From a virus (Duplodnaviria > Caudoviricetes): a DNA stretch of 64,000 nt. Shown one piece after another: positions 45,935-54,960 of the stretch. The first letter of the stretch is position 1; each line of letters begins with the position of its first letter. Below the pieces are notes generated by a model. That model saw only the letters and a program-made list of their open reading frames with translations, had not been told where the DNA came from and made no database searches. The stretch is taken from positions 3,987-67,986 of the IMG/VR virus record IMGVR_UViG_3300037418_002260; one strand, written 5' to 3'. The position numbers and the translations under genes were made by a program.

Positions 45935-46651
45935 ATGTTCAACGCAAAGCATGATAAGGCGGGCAAGCGCCTGATTATCACCGCCTCAAATGAGGGGCGG
46001 GCGGCGCTGGCGGAATGCTATCGGCGGGCGGAGCGGCCCAACGCTTGCAGCGGCCATTACTACGCCGAGTCTGAGCTGATGGAGGCCTTCCGCGACTATT
46101 ATGAGATAGTCGCCGCGGATGATGCGCCGGACGCCTGGTTGTGTTCCTGCCCCTTCATAATCGACGCGGACGGAATCGAATATCCGGACAACGGGGAGCG
46201 GCCCGTCCTTTGGGGAACGCCCATGTTCGCCTTTCCCAATTACGCGCTCGAGGATGAATGGGAAACGCTCAAAAACACGGGCCGAGTCATATTCGAGGAG
46301 GTGGAATGGAACGACACTCCGCCGCCACCTCTAACCAAAGCCGAGATTGAGTCGCACTTTACGGGCGGCGCTCGCGAGGGGTTTCTCCTGTACGTCGATC
46401 CGGTCAGGTTTCCGGATGCCACAGAGGAACAGATTGCGAGCGCCTGGCCGGAGCTCGCGCGGTCTCTCGACTATGAACCTGACCGCGTCGACTGCGGACT
46501 CTATTTCTGGAAACGTGGCAAGCGGTTCGGCCCGTATTCCACTAGCCCGCGCGGAGTCTGCAATGCGGAGCGCGACGGTTGCCGCGGGGTATTTGACCGC
46601 ACGCCGGAACCGACGCCGGATCCCGAGCTGCCTTTTGCGGAGGCCGCATGA
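45935..46651 (+). CDS. Hypothetical early protein
   Basis: ATG after the repeated leader; 238 aa. Confidence 0.7.
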   Translation: MFNAKHDKAGKRLIITASNEGRAALAECYRRAERPNACSGHYYAESELMEAFRDYYEIVAADDAPDAWLCSCPFIIDADGIEYPDNGERPVLWGTPMFAFPNYALEDEWETLKNTGRVIFEEVEWNDTPPPPLTKAEIESHFTGGAREGFLLYVDPVRFPDATEEQIASAWPELARSLDYEPDRVDCGLYFWKRGKRFGPYSTSPRGVCNAERDGCRGVFDRTPEPTPDPELPFAEAA

Positions 46652-46839
46652 TGCGCCCGCCCGCCTTCGACTCATATCGCTACGGCGCGGAAGGTCAGGC
46701 CATCCGTGCGGAGCTGTTCGACGCGGAAACCCGCGGCGATCGGGACGCCGTCCGCGAATGCGAGGAAACGGCTAGTCGACTTGCTTTTAGAAGGGGACTC
46801 CGATGCGTAACGAAACCCTGTTCCAAGTGCATAACCTGA
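46648..46839 (+). CDS. Hypothetical early protein
   Basis: Coupled small ORF. Confidence 0.45.
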   Translation: MMRPPAFDSYRYGAEGQAIRAELFDAETRGDRDAVRECEETASRLAFRRGLRCVTKPCSKCIT

Positions 46840-47150
46840 CAACCGCGACGGACTCGCTAGTCGTTTCGACTGCGGACGCCGCGGAAGCTGAGCGCGTGCA
46901 AGGCGAATGGGCCGCGGCCTGGCCGTCGAACCTCTATTGCCTGTTTTCGGCGGAGTTCCGCGACACTGCGCACGGTCGATTCATTGCCGTGAAGGGCGCC
47001 GGAATCGACGGGGCGGCGGAGTACCTAGCGCGACCGCGCGACGGCTCCGCGGCGCTCGAGCGCGCCATATCCTACACGCTCGAAAAGATTGCCCGCCCAA
47101 AGCTGGCGGCAAGCGACAAGCGGGCCGTTCCCTGGAATTGCGCCGCCTGA
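46803..47150 (+). CDS. Hypothetical early protein
   Basis: AAGGGGA RBS. Confidence 0.65.
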   Translation: MRNETLFQVHNLTTATDSLVVSTADAAEAERVQGEWAAAWPSNLYCLFSAEFRDTAHGRFIAVKGAGIDGAAEYLARPRDGSAALERAISYTLEKIARPKLAASDKRAVPWNCAA

Positions 47151-47180
47151 TTCAACTCACTAAAAAAGGGACCTTCAACC

Positions 47181-47930
47181 ATGACACAACCGACACTGAG
47201 CGCCCCGCAACACGGGCTTTCACTCCAGTTCGTTACCGCCGAGTCCGCGTGGATAGATTGGCGCGAGCTCTATCAGGACGGCGACGAATATGACGTCCTG
47301 ATTCCGCCCGCTACCTATGCGACCGTAAAGGAACAGGCGCCGGACCTGTTCGCGGAATGGCTCGAAACGGCGCGCGAGGAAGCGGAAGCCGACGACTCCG
47401 CGTTCGATCCCGAAACCGCGTTCGACGTTGAGGCGGAGCTTACCGACGAACACGCGGACGAATGGCAGCAAGCTGACCAGTGCGACGAATGGAAGGACCA
47501 ATTTTTCCCGATTATGAATTACGCTTGGCCGGTGTCGCTTGCCTACGGCGGGCCATCAGCCGAGGAAGCCGCACGGCTAATCGACCGCTACGCCGGAGCC
47601 TGTACCCTAGTTGAGTTCGGCGAAGGCCATAACCCGTTCGGGCCGGAGTTCGCGTCCGATACGCCCGAATATGGCATTGCACTGACGGGCGGCGGAATGG
47701 ATTTGAGCGACCATTTAGCGGTTGCTTACCTCTGTTGCGGATGCGTGCCGCCCGAACGGCTGCTGAGCGGACTCGACGGGTTCAGCGGCCCTGCCCGCTC
47801 CGGTCGACTCGTCCAGGCTGCTGACCTGTTGCGGCAAGCCTATGCGCAGGCGGCGGACTATTTCCGCAACCGCGCGGAACGGCTCGAGCGCACGCTTGGC
47901 CAGCTCGAGTTGAGCGGGGAGGCGGACTAA
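47181..47930 (+). CDS. Hypothetical acidic early protein
   Basis: PIMNYAWPV and IALTGGGMDLS; repeated leader at 47157. Confidence 0.75.
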   Translation: MTQPTLSAPQHGLSLQFVTAESAWIDWRELYQDGDEYDVLIPPATYATVKEQAPDLFAEWLETAREEAEADDSAFDPETAFDVEAELTDEHADEWQQADQCDEWKDQFFPIMNYAWPVSLAYGGPSAEEAARLIDRYAGACTLVEFGEGHNPFGPEFASDTPEYGIALTGGGMDLSDHLAVAYLCCGCVPPERLLSGLDGFSGPARSGRLVQAADLLRQAYAQAADYFRNRAERLERTLGQLELSGEAD

Positions 47931-48523
47931 TGCGCGCCCTGGAAACATGCTCAACGCCTGACCGCGGCTACATGGGCGACCGCACGCGCGGCGCCAGCAT
48001 GGGCCGCGGCGATCGCAGCGCGGAAGCCTTGCGCGCCGCCGCCCGTAAAGAGGTGGAGTCGCTCGAGCGCCAGTTGGAAAGCTATCGCAGCGGGGCAGAC
48101 TCCCATATGTACGGCAGGGAGGGCGCGCCGTTCGCTACGCTCGAGGATGCGCTTGCCCGATATGAGTCGCTCCTAGCTCCCGCACGCGAGGAGCTGGAAA
48201 CGCTCGAGGCGCGCGCCGCCGATACCCGATTCCATCTCCGCAAGGTGCGGCTCGACTCCGGAGGCTATGACTCGGGCGGCGCCTATTGGGGACATGGCGG
48301 GGAGCTATTCGAGGCGTTCAACGGCGCGGGTGACTTTATGACGGTGCGCATATGGCCGGATGATCGAACGGAAGCGTTCGAGCGCCGAGGCGGGGTTCCA
48401 ATCGGGGAGCCTGGCCACGCCGAATTTGCCGCGCGCTTCCCTAACTGGTGGCGCGACGGCAGCCGCGAAGCCGCTAAGGACGCCGTCCTAGTCGACTATC
48501 CCGACGCCCTGTTTTTCCGGTAA
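47930..48523 (+). CDS. Hypothetical early protein
   Basis: LRKVRLDSGGYDSGGAYWG motif. Confidence 0.75.
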   Translation: MRALETCSTPDRGYMGDRTRGASMGRGDRSAEALRAAARKEVESLERQLESYRSGADSHMYGREGAPFATLEDALARYESLLAPAREELETLEARAADTRFHLRKVRLDSGGYDSGGAYWGHGGELFEAFNGAGDFMTVRIWPDDRTEAFERRGGVPIGEPGHAEFAARFPNWWRDGSREAAKDAVLVDYPDALFFR

Positions 48524-48533
48524 GGGAGCGGCC

Positions 48534-48704
48534 ATGTTTGTTGCACCGCTAATCCTAATCATTGTGCTCGGCTTAATGAGTTGCGCCATGACGACTCCGG
48601 AACAACGGGCCGAGTCTCGGCGGAAATTCGCACGGTGGAATCCGCTGTTCATTTCGATAATTCTCGGCTGCCTCGCAATCATGCTTTACCCGTGGAAAAG
48701 CTGA
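48534..48704 (+). CDS. Small membrane protein / lipoprotein, 56 aa
   Basis: Hand-translated MFVAPLILIIVLGLMSC...LFISIILGCLAIMLYPWKS. Confidence 0.55.
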   Translation: MFVAPLILIIVLGLMSCAMTTPEQRAESRRKFARWNPLFISIILGCLAIMLYPWKS

Positions 48705-48732
48705 GCGCGGCTCCGGCCCGTCAACTAACTCG

Positions 48733-48760
48733 AGGGGCGCTCCGGCGCCCCTTTTCTTTT
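48733..48760 (+). terminator. Rho-independent terminator ending the early operon
   Basis: AGGGGCGC-tccg-GCGCCCCT followed by TTTCTTTT. Confidence 0.8.
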
Positions 48761-48797
48761 GTCCGCCAGCTGAGCTAAAGCGGCGCGGCGGTTCACC

Positions 48798-49328
48798 ATG
48801 CGAACGGCGGACCAGGCGGCGGCGCGCGCTCGGAACAGGGGAAAGGCGCGCCGCCGTCGTTACCTGGCCTTAACCGCTCGACGGCTAGGAGCGCGTCCGA
48901 TGCGAGTCCGTTTCGCCTTGCTTTTGCTGTTGCCGGCAGCGTGCAGATCCGCGGCGCCGCAGCAGGAAACGCCAGCCGCGCCGCCTGAGTTCGTCCAGGC
49001 TCGAGCTGCAATCCTAGACCAGTTGCGGGATCCGCAAAGCGCGCGGTTCGGCCCGATGTCGCGCGGCCGAGGCGGCGCTGTCTGTGGCACGGTGAACGCT
49101 CGCAACGGACTCGGCGGGTACACGGGCGCGGAGCCGTTCGCCTGGAGCACGGCAACGGGCGCCCTGCTGTACCAGTTCCAGGGTGAGCTCGGCGGCTGGC
49201 GGGAACGCGGGGAGCTTGCGCGGCGCTTCGCGGCGCTCGGCTGTTCCATCGGCCCCGACCAGGCTCGAGCGATCGACGCGGTTGCCGCGCTCGAGGCGAG
49301 CGACCGGAGAATCGACTCAGGTCAGTAA
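48798..49328 (+). CDS. Putative exported protein / lipoprotein (start may be downstream)
   Basis: ALLLLLPAAC signal-like segment; LRDPQSARF...VCGTVNARNGLGGYTG. Confidence 0.65.
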   Translation: MRTADQAAARARNRGKARRRRYLALTARRLGARPMRVRFALLLLLPAACRSAAPQQETPAAPPEFVQARAAILDQLRDPQSARFGPMSRGRGGAVCGTVNARNGLGGYTGAEPFAWSTATGALLYQFQGELGGWRERGELARRFAALGCSIGPDQARAIDAVAALEASDRRIDSGQ

Positions 49329-49638
49329 GGCGGCGCCGTCCGGTTGCTGCGATTGCAAGCGGTGACACCTCTGCTCAGGTTTAAGCCGAACGGCGCCCGC
49401 TCGAGCGCATAGCGTCATCGGCTTCCAGCTGCAAGCGTGCAGCAGACCAGAGAAATCTGCACCAGAGAAATCTGACTCCGGAGAAATAGACCGGAGAAAT
49501 CTTAGCGGGAGTTGCCGCGGCAGCTCCATATAGGGGCGACGGAGCTGCCGCGGCGTGCGGGCGTCGGGGGCTGACGCCGTGTCGCTGAAACTGCTTGTCC
49601 GCGATTCGGTTCCCCAAGTCAACCAGAAATCGCTGCAC

Positions 49639-49678
49639 TCAACTATTGGTTGACTGCAATCGTGCAGGGCGCTACCCC
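49639..49678 (+). promoter_or_regulatory. Operator TCAACTATTGGTTGA and promoter heading the accessory operon
   Basis: TTGACT-N17-TACCCC. Confidence 0.65.
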
Positions 49679-49712
49679 ATCCGCGTCTAGTCAACAAAGG
49701 GGTATCGAAGAA

Positions 49713-49952
49713 ATGGACTCCAAAGAAATTAATCCGCGAAAGCGCGGCTATGCTCCGCTGTACCGCGAGCACGAGGTGAACCACTGTCCAGGCTGCGGTC
49801 GGACGCATTGGCTCATCGGCAGGGTCAGCGCCGAGTGCGCGTTCTGCTCGACCGCCATGCCGCTCGCAGAGGCCACCATACGCGGACCTGCGCCGACGCC
49901 TGTGTTCTTCTCGGGGCCGCGGCGCCCACAGCTCGCATTGGAGGCGGCGTGA
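49713..49952 (+). CDS. Small Zn-ribbon protein
   Basis: RGYAPLYREHEVNHCPGCGRTHWLIGRVSAECAFCSTAMPL. Confidence 0.75.
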   Translation: MDSKEINPRKRGYAPLYREHEVNHCPGCGRTHWLIGRVSAECAFCSTAMPLAEATIRGPAPTPVFFSGPRRPQLALEAA

Positions 49953-50158
49953 TGGGTGAGAAATCCATCCTCGAGCAGGGCTTCGAGGCCCAGGCCAAAT
50001 CGCTCGTCGAGTTCGGCTACTCCGGCATCACCGCCGAGATGATCGAAACGGCGCATGGCAAGTGGCAGCGCGGTGACGAGCCGGAAGGCGTCATCGAGAT
50101 GTTCAGCTTCCGCGCCTTCGACGACCATCCCGAGATTTTCGGGAAACCAGCGGCATGA
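49952..50158 (+). CDS. Hypothetical protein
   Basis: Coupled ORF, MGEKSILEQ. Confidence 0.6.
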   Translation: MGEKSILEQGFEAQAKSLVEFGYSGITAEMIETAHGKWQRGDEPEGVIEMFSFRAFDDHPEIFGKPAA

Positions 50159-50277
50159 CACCGCCAGCGAAGGAGGGTCGGCTGACCCGGCTCGTCGACT
50201 CGGTGCTCGGGGGCGCAGGGTTCGTCGCCGGCATCGTGCTCGCCATCTACATCCTGAAATGGACAGGTGCGCTGTGA
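50155..50277 (+). CDS. Small TM protein, 40 aa
   Basis: Hand-translated; coupled at both ends. Confidence 0.5.
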   Translation: MTPPAKEGRLTRLVDSVLGGAGFVAGIVLAIYILKWTGAL

Positions 50278-50567
50278 GCGAGCGCATCGACGTAGGCTTC
50301 GGCACCTCTCGGCTCGACGTCATCCGCGAGCTGGCGATCGATCCGAACGAGTGGCACCGTGCGCTCGACCTCCAGATGGTGGTTGGCGGCAACCGCGGGA
50401 TCCGCGCATCCATCCAATCCATCAGCAATGCACTGCGGCACGCCTACCAGGCAGGTCTCATCCTGCGTCGGCACGCACCAGGTTGCTCAGGCAACGTGTC
50501 GGAGTGGAAGGTGAACCGTTACGGACTCGAGTACCTTCGCCGCGCGGAACCGGAGAAATCCGCATGA
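50274..50567 (+). CDS. Hypothetical protein (wHTH-like)
   Basis: GTG start coupled to the upstream stop. Confidence 0.55.
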   Translation: MSERIDVGFGTSRLDVIRELAIDPNEWHRALDLQMVVGGNRGIRASIQSISNALRHAYQAGLILRRHAPGCSGNVSEWKVNRYGLEYLRRAEPEKSA

Positions 50568-50764
50568 GCCTCGAAACGGCGATGGCGGAGCTGCGCGCTC
50601 GCGAGGTCGAAGGCCGCGTCCACAATTTCTGCTCGCTCGCCGGCAACGCTCTCGAGCGCATCGGCATCCTCATCGACGAGGGTGAGTACGACGATGCCAA
50701 GGAGGAACTCGCGGATCTGCGCGAGGCCTTGTCGCGCATCCGGTCGGAGAAATCTGATGGATAA
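50564..50764 (+). CDS. Hypothetical protein
   Basis: Coupled ORF. Confidence 0.55.
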   Translation: MSLETAMAELRAREVEGRVHNFCSLAGNALERIGILIDEGEYDDAKEELADLREALSRIRSEKSDG

Positions 50765-51044
50765 GCGCCAGTGCTACCGCGGCGACACCGACGGCGGATG
50801 CAAGCATTGGGGCGCCGACATGGACGGCTGTTATTGCGGCCACCCTCTGTCGCTTCAAGAGACCAGCTTCGGGCGATCGACCAACGATTTCACGCGGCCT
50901 GGTCGACCCTGTGGCCCTGACCTCAAACTGTGGGAGGCAGACACCTCGTGCAGACGCTGCCGCGGCAGCAAGCTGTTCATGGACGGTTGCGAGGAATGCG
51001 GCGGAACAGGGCTGCACCAGCCGGAGAAATCGCCATGCGCGTAG
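50757..51044 (+). CDS. Cys-rich hypothetical protein
   Basis: Several CxxC-like pairs (CRRCRG, CEECGG). Confidence 0.55.
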   Translation: MDKRQCYRGDTDGGCKHWGADMDGCYCGHPLSLQETSFGRSTNDFTRPGRPCGPDLKLWEADTSCRRCRGSKLFMDGCEECGGTGLHQPEKSPCA

Positions 51045-51427
51045 CGGTCTGCGGCGGGCGGGAGTATCGCGACCGCGACCGTATCAACCAGGCGCTCGAG
51101 CTGGTTCACTCGCTCGTCGGCATTGAGGAGCTCATGCACGGCGACTGCCGCGGAGCCGATCGCCTCGCAGCTGAGTGGGCCGGGCGCCGCGGGATTCCGC
51201 TGTCAGCCTATCCGGCCGACTGGAACAACCTCGATTTGCCCGGCGCGAAGATCCGCCGCGGCAAGTTCGGGTTCTACGATGCGACGGCGGGCTACCGGAG
51301 AAACTTGCGTATGCTCATCGAAGGCGCGCCGGAGCTGGTGATTGCCTTCCCTGGTGGTCGCGGCACGGAGCACATGGTGGCGCAGGCGCTAAAAAGAGAT
51401 TTTGCCGTCTTGTCAGTCGATGCTTAA
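51035..51427 (+). CDS. DUF2493 / SLOG-superfamily protein
   Basis: MRVAVCGGREY...HGDCRGADRLAAEWA...RRNLRML...VIAFPGGRGT. Confidence 0.88.
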   Translation: MRVAVCGGREYRDRDRINQALELVHSLVGIEELMHGDCRGADRLAAEWAGRRGIPLSAYPADWNNLDLPGAKIRRGKFGFYDATAGYRRNLRMLIEGAPELVIAFPGGRGTEHMVAQALKRDFAVLSVDA

Positions 51428-51483
51428 ATCAACTATTTAGTGAGTCGCACACTTGGAGTTGATTCGGCAATGAGCAACGGCGG

Positions 51484-51861
51484 ATGAGACACATCGGCAT
51501 CAGGTCCTGCGACTGCTGCGGTTCTGTCATCGACGATGGCAACAAGATCGTGGAGCTTGGCGACCTTCGACTCAATCGCGAGTTCCAACTGGTCGCGTAC
51601 CAGGGTGTCGACATCCCCGTCACTGAGCAGCAATTCGAGGTGCTCGAGCTGCTCATCATCCGCGCCGGCAAGCTCGTCCCGCGCGTCGCCTTCTTCATCA
51701 GCGTGCTCGACGAGGACTGCGAGGACAAGCAGCTCGACGTCATCATCTGCCGCCTTCGGGCGAAATTCCGAAAGGTCGACCCCGAGTTCGACCGCATCCC
51801 GACAGTTTGGGGCCGTGGCTACACCTGGCTCCTACCCCACCAGGAAAGGCTTGCCGCGTGA
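51484..51861 (+). CDS. Stand-alone OmpR/PhoB winged-helix DNA-binding domain, CtrA-like
   Basis: VLELLIIRAG...DKQLDVIICRLRAKF...IPTVWGRGY; no receiver domain. Confidence 0.85.
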   Translation: MRHIGIRSCDCCGSVIDDGNKIVELGDLRLNREFQLVAYQGVDIPVTEQQFEVLELLIIRAGKLVPRVAFFISVLDEDCEDKQLDVIICRLRAKFRKVDPEFDRIPTVWGRGYTWLLPHQERLAA

Positions 51862-52505
51862 ACGCACCGTTTTTGTTCAACCCCACCGCCGACCAGATGC
51901 AGGACGCCGAGTTGCGCCTCAAGCTGATGAAGCATGTCGACACGTTCAACGCGCTGGCCGACTCCATCCATGCCGACAACGTGGCGGCGGGCTGGTGGAA
52001 CGACCTCGCCACTGGCGTTCGGCTGAACCGCAACATGGGCGAGCTGCTCATGCTGACGGTCACGGAAATCGACGAGGCGCATGACGCCATCGACGGTCGT
52101 CCCGACGACAAGCTGCCGCACCGCGCTGGCTTCGAGGTGGAGCTGGCCGACGCCGCCATCCGGCTGTTCGACATCGCCGGGTCGCGCGACCTGGACATCG
52201 GCGGCGCCGCCGACGAACTGCTCGGGGATCCCGAGCGGCTCAGCTTCAATGTCGGACTGCTGCCGGTCGTGAAGGAACTGGCCAAGGCGCTCGAGGGCGA
52301 CCGCAAGAGCTCGTTCGACAAGGTCATCACCGACCGCCTAGCGCTCGAGGTGCGCATCGCAGCTGCGCTGCTGCGCATCTATGCCATCGGAGAAATGAGC
52401 TGGTGCAACGTGCCAGCCGCGATCGCCGAGAAGCGCGAGTTCAACAAGAACCGCGCCGACCACAAGCCGGAGAACCGGCGCAAGGCTGACGGCAAGAAAT
52501 ACTGA
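51858..52505 (+). CDS. MazG-like all-alpha NTP pyrophosphohydrolase
   Basis: GELLMLTVTEIDEA...DDKLPHRAGFEVELADAAIRLFD...IAEKREFNKNR. Confidence 0.75.
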   Translation: MNAPFLFNPTADQMQDAELRLKLMKHVDTFNALADSIHADNVAAGWWNDLATGVRLNRNMGELLMLTVTEIDEAHDAIDGRPDDKLPHRAGFEVELADAAIRLFDIAGSRDLDIGGAADELLGDPERLSFNVGLLPVVKELAKALEGDRKSSFDKVITDRLALEVRIAAALLRIYAIGEMSWCNVPAAIAEKREFNKNRADHKPENRRKADGKKY

Positions 52506-52822
52506 TGCTCGGGGTGGTGATCGCAGCAGCCGCCGCGGTCGCCGCCCATTCGACGATCGCCAGTGACGGGATGCCTCCGCTGCGCTTCCGCGGCGACAAG
52601 GAAATCCGAGTCACCTTCAAGCAGCAGCCGCTCATCGACCACGCTTGCCGCGACTTTGCGGCGCCGGCCGGATTCAAGCGACTGGCCTGCACGCATGTCA
52701 GTGTGTTCGGCTCCATTATCACCATGCCGAACCCCTGCGAGTTCGAGTTCGACCCATACGCCGTGCTGATGTGCCACGAACTCGGCCACGCGAACGGCTG
52801 GCCGTCAACGCACGGCGACTGA
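52505..52822 (+). CDS. Putative exported protein with HExxH motif
   Basis: Signal-like N-terminus; CHELGHANGW. Confidence 0.65.
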   Translation: MLGVVIAAAAAVAAHSTIASDGMPPLRFRGDKEIRVTFKQQPLIDHACRDFAAPAGFKRLACTHVSVFGSIITMPNPCEFEFDPYAVLMCHELGHANGWPSTHGD

Positions 52823-52824
52823 GG

Positions 52825-53031
52825 GTGAGCCTGATTCGTCTGCCCGCTCGACCTCGAGGAGCCAACGACAATGCGCCCTGGTGCTGGCTGGTCTGCAATG
52901 ACTGCCACGAACCGGCGCTCATCGCGAAGCTCGACAACGGTTATCTCGTCCTGCTCTGCGCCCGATGCGGCTGCGACCACACCGAGGCGCTGCTGAACCT
53001 CGCCTATCCGGCAACGCCGCCTACGGGATGA
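52825..53031 (+). CDS. Small Zn-finger protein
   Basis: CNDC...CARC. Confidence 0.55.
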   Translation: MSLIRLPARPRGANDNAPWCWLVCNDCHEPALIAKLDNGYLVLLCARCGCDHTEALLNLAYPATPPTG

Positions 53032-53126
53032 CGGAACTCACGTTTTTATTGATTTCCCTATTGCGCGGTTGAGTGAATCAACTTACGGTTGAGTCCATCG
53101 AATCGGAACCGGAAGGGGACAGAGAA

Positions 53127-53621
53127 ATGAGAGCACTGACACAGGTCGCCTTGGCAGCCGCCGCGGCGATGGGAGTCAACATCGCCGAGCAGGTGCAGCG
53201 GGGTATCGACAATCCGCAGGGGCCTCCGGTCGGCCAGGGCGGCAGACACGGCAAGCGCAAGTTCATGTCCGCCGAGCACTACAAGAAGCACGACCCCTAT
53301 TACGGCATCCCGAGCAAGGGTCGCCGCGGCGCTCGGCAGCGGATGCAGCAGCAGTACGATCAATGCACGCGCGGCAAGCTCAACGACCAGGGCCGCGGCA
53401 TCGGCGGTCCGGTGTTCATCTCGAGATACCGCAACAAGGTGTTCCTCGCCGCCTTCGGCGCAGGGATGAGCCACAACGAGGCGATGAAGCACGCGCGGCG
53501 CGCGCCAGCAATCTCTCCCGACAGGGGGCAGGGGCGTCCGGTTCCGGCGCACCGCAGCGGGCCAGGCTGTCCGCAGCCGACCGTCAATCCGGCTCACCAC
53601 AGCGGCGCCGCCGCGGCCTAA
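53127..53621 (+). CDS. Basic hypothetical protein
   Basis: GGAAGGGGA RBS; operator at 53078. Confidence 0.65.
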   Translation: MRALTQVALAAAAAMGVNIAEQVQRGIDNPQGPPVGQGGRHGKRKFMSAEHYKKHDPYYGIPSKGRRGARQRMQQQYDQCTRGKLNDQGRGIGGPVFISRYRNKVFLAAFGAGMSHNEAMKHARRAPAISPDRGQGRPVPAHRSGPGCPQPTVNPAHHSGAAAA

Positions 53622-53625
53622 GCCG

Positions 53626-54126
53626 ATGTTGCAGGCCTACGCTCAGACCATCCCCGAGCCGCTCCGCAAGTGGGCGCTCGAGCACTGCATGGACGTCATC
53701 CGGCAGTCAGGCCCTGACGAGGTCATCCACCGCGGCGTTCGGCGCGAGCCGTACATGGAGCGGTGGCATCTGCTCCGGAAGAATCCGCAGAGCGGTATCG
53801 AGAACATCTACCTGCATCGCTTCATCCGCGACGACACCGAGGATCTGCACGACCACCCGTGGGCGAACGCAAGCTGCGTCCTTCACGGCAAGTACGTCGA
53901 GCAATCCTGGTCGCTGGACGGGCGCCGCACCGACACGCGGAGCGCAGGGGACATTGTGATGCGCAGCGCCGAGGAGCGCCACGCCATCACGGGAATCGAG
54001 GTCGGGACGATCACTCTGTTCGTCACCGGCCCGAAGGTTCGGGAGTGGGGATTCTGGCTCGCCAGCGGCTTCATGCACTGGCGCGAATACCACTCCCACA
54101 TCGACAGAGGGAGGGTTCCAGCATGA
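53626..54126 (+). CDS. Cupin-fold protein
   Basis: PYMERW...NIYLHRF..DD..LHDHPW...G.YVE...H.I...TLFVTGP..REWGF. Confidence 0.8.
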   Translation: MLQAYAQTIPEPLRKWALEHCMDVIRQSGPDEVIHRGVRREPYMERWHLLRKNPQSGIENIYLHRFIRDDTEDLHDHPWANASCVLHGKYVEQSWSLDGRRTDTRSAGDIVMRSAEERHAITGIEVGTITLFVTGPKVREWGFWLASGFMHWREYHSHIDRGRVPA

Positions 54127-54356
54127 GCATAGCCGACCGAGTCATCGCCGTCTGCGAGCAGCAGTCGGGCAAGGAAGCACACCGCGACAGCAGCCTCGTC
54201 GAGGACCTCGACTTGGACAGCCTCGACCGCATCGAACTCGCGATGGTGCTCGAGGACACGTTCCTCATCGAAATCACCGACGCTGAGGTCGACAACCCGA
54301 TGCTCGATAGCGTCGGCGCCCTCATCGACCTAGTCGAGCAGAAGCTGGCTGCATGA
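54123..54356 (+). CDS. Acyl carrier protein
   Basis: 77 aa, acidic; SLVEDLDLDSLDRIELAMVLEDTFLIEITD matches the phosphopantetheine attachment site. Confidence 0.9.
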   Translation: MSIADRVIAVCEQQSGKEAHRDSSLVEDLDLDSLDRIELAMVLEDTFLIEITDAEVDNPMLDSVGALIDLVEQKLAA

Positions 54357-54508
54357 GCCGGTCGTTCGCCAAGGCTCTCAGCGTCGTGCTGCTGCTGGTC
54401 GGCTTCCTCGGCTTCGTCGCGATGATTCCAGGCTACGCCGTCATGTGGCTCGCCTACACGACGAACGAGCTGCTCGGTCGCTACGGCACGATTGAGCTGC
54501 CGTTCTGA
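54353..54508 (+). CDS. Small membrane protein, 51 aa
   Basis: Hand-translated, hydrophobic, coupled at both ends. Confidence 0.55.
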   Translation: MSRSFAKALSVVLLLVGFLGFVAMIPGYAVMWLAYTTNELLGRYGTIELPF

Positions 54509-54960
54509 TGGTCGCGGGCGAGCGTTGGCGGTCGCGGAACCGGATGTTCTGGCGGAAGGACGGGCTGGTCGCAGCCTGTTTCCGCGACAAGCGGTTTGTC
54601 GATTTCAACCGCGCCTGCGGACGCGACGGGCTGTTCTTTGACGACCTCGATCCCATCAACGAGGACAAGAAGAAGAAAGAGGACCACGCCGATGTCACCG
54701 ATAAGCTGCGTGGCGGCGGCTATCAGTGCATCGCCTTCCGTGCCGACCGGGATCCGCGCGGCTTCTTCATCCAGGTTTTCTGCGGACGCGGGACGGGCCA
54801 GGGGCCAATCGAAGCGACGCTCGCCGCCTATCGCGACGCCATCGAGCGCGGCGACCCCGTCACCCGCGGACTCGAGTCAATCCTTCTCGCCGAACCTTCT
54901 CCTCAACCGACGTCGGAAGCGGCGCCGCTCGAGGACGATTTCATGGAGCTAATCGGATGA
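54508..54960 (+). CDS. Hypothetical protein
   Basis: Coupled; ends DDFMELIG. Confidence 0.7.
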   Translation: MVAGERWRSRNRMFWRKDGLVAACFRDKRFVDFNRACGRDGLFFDDLDPINEDKKKKEDHADVTDKLRGGGYQCIAFRADRDPRGFFIQVFCGRGTGQGPIEATLAAYRDAIERGDPVTRGLESILLAEPSPQPTSEAAPLEDDFMELIG

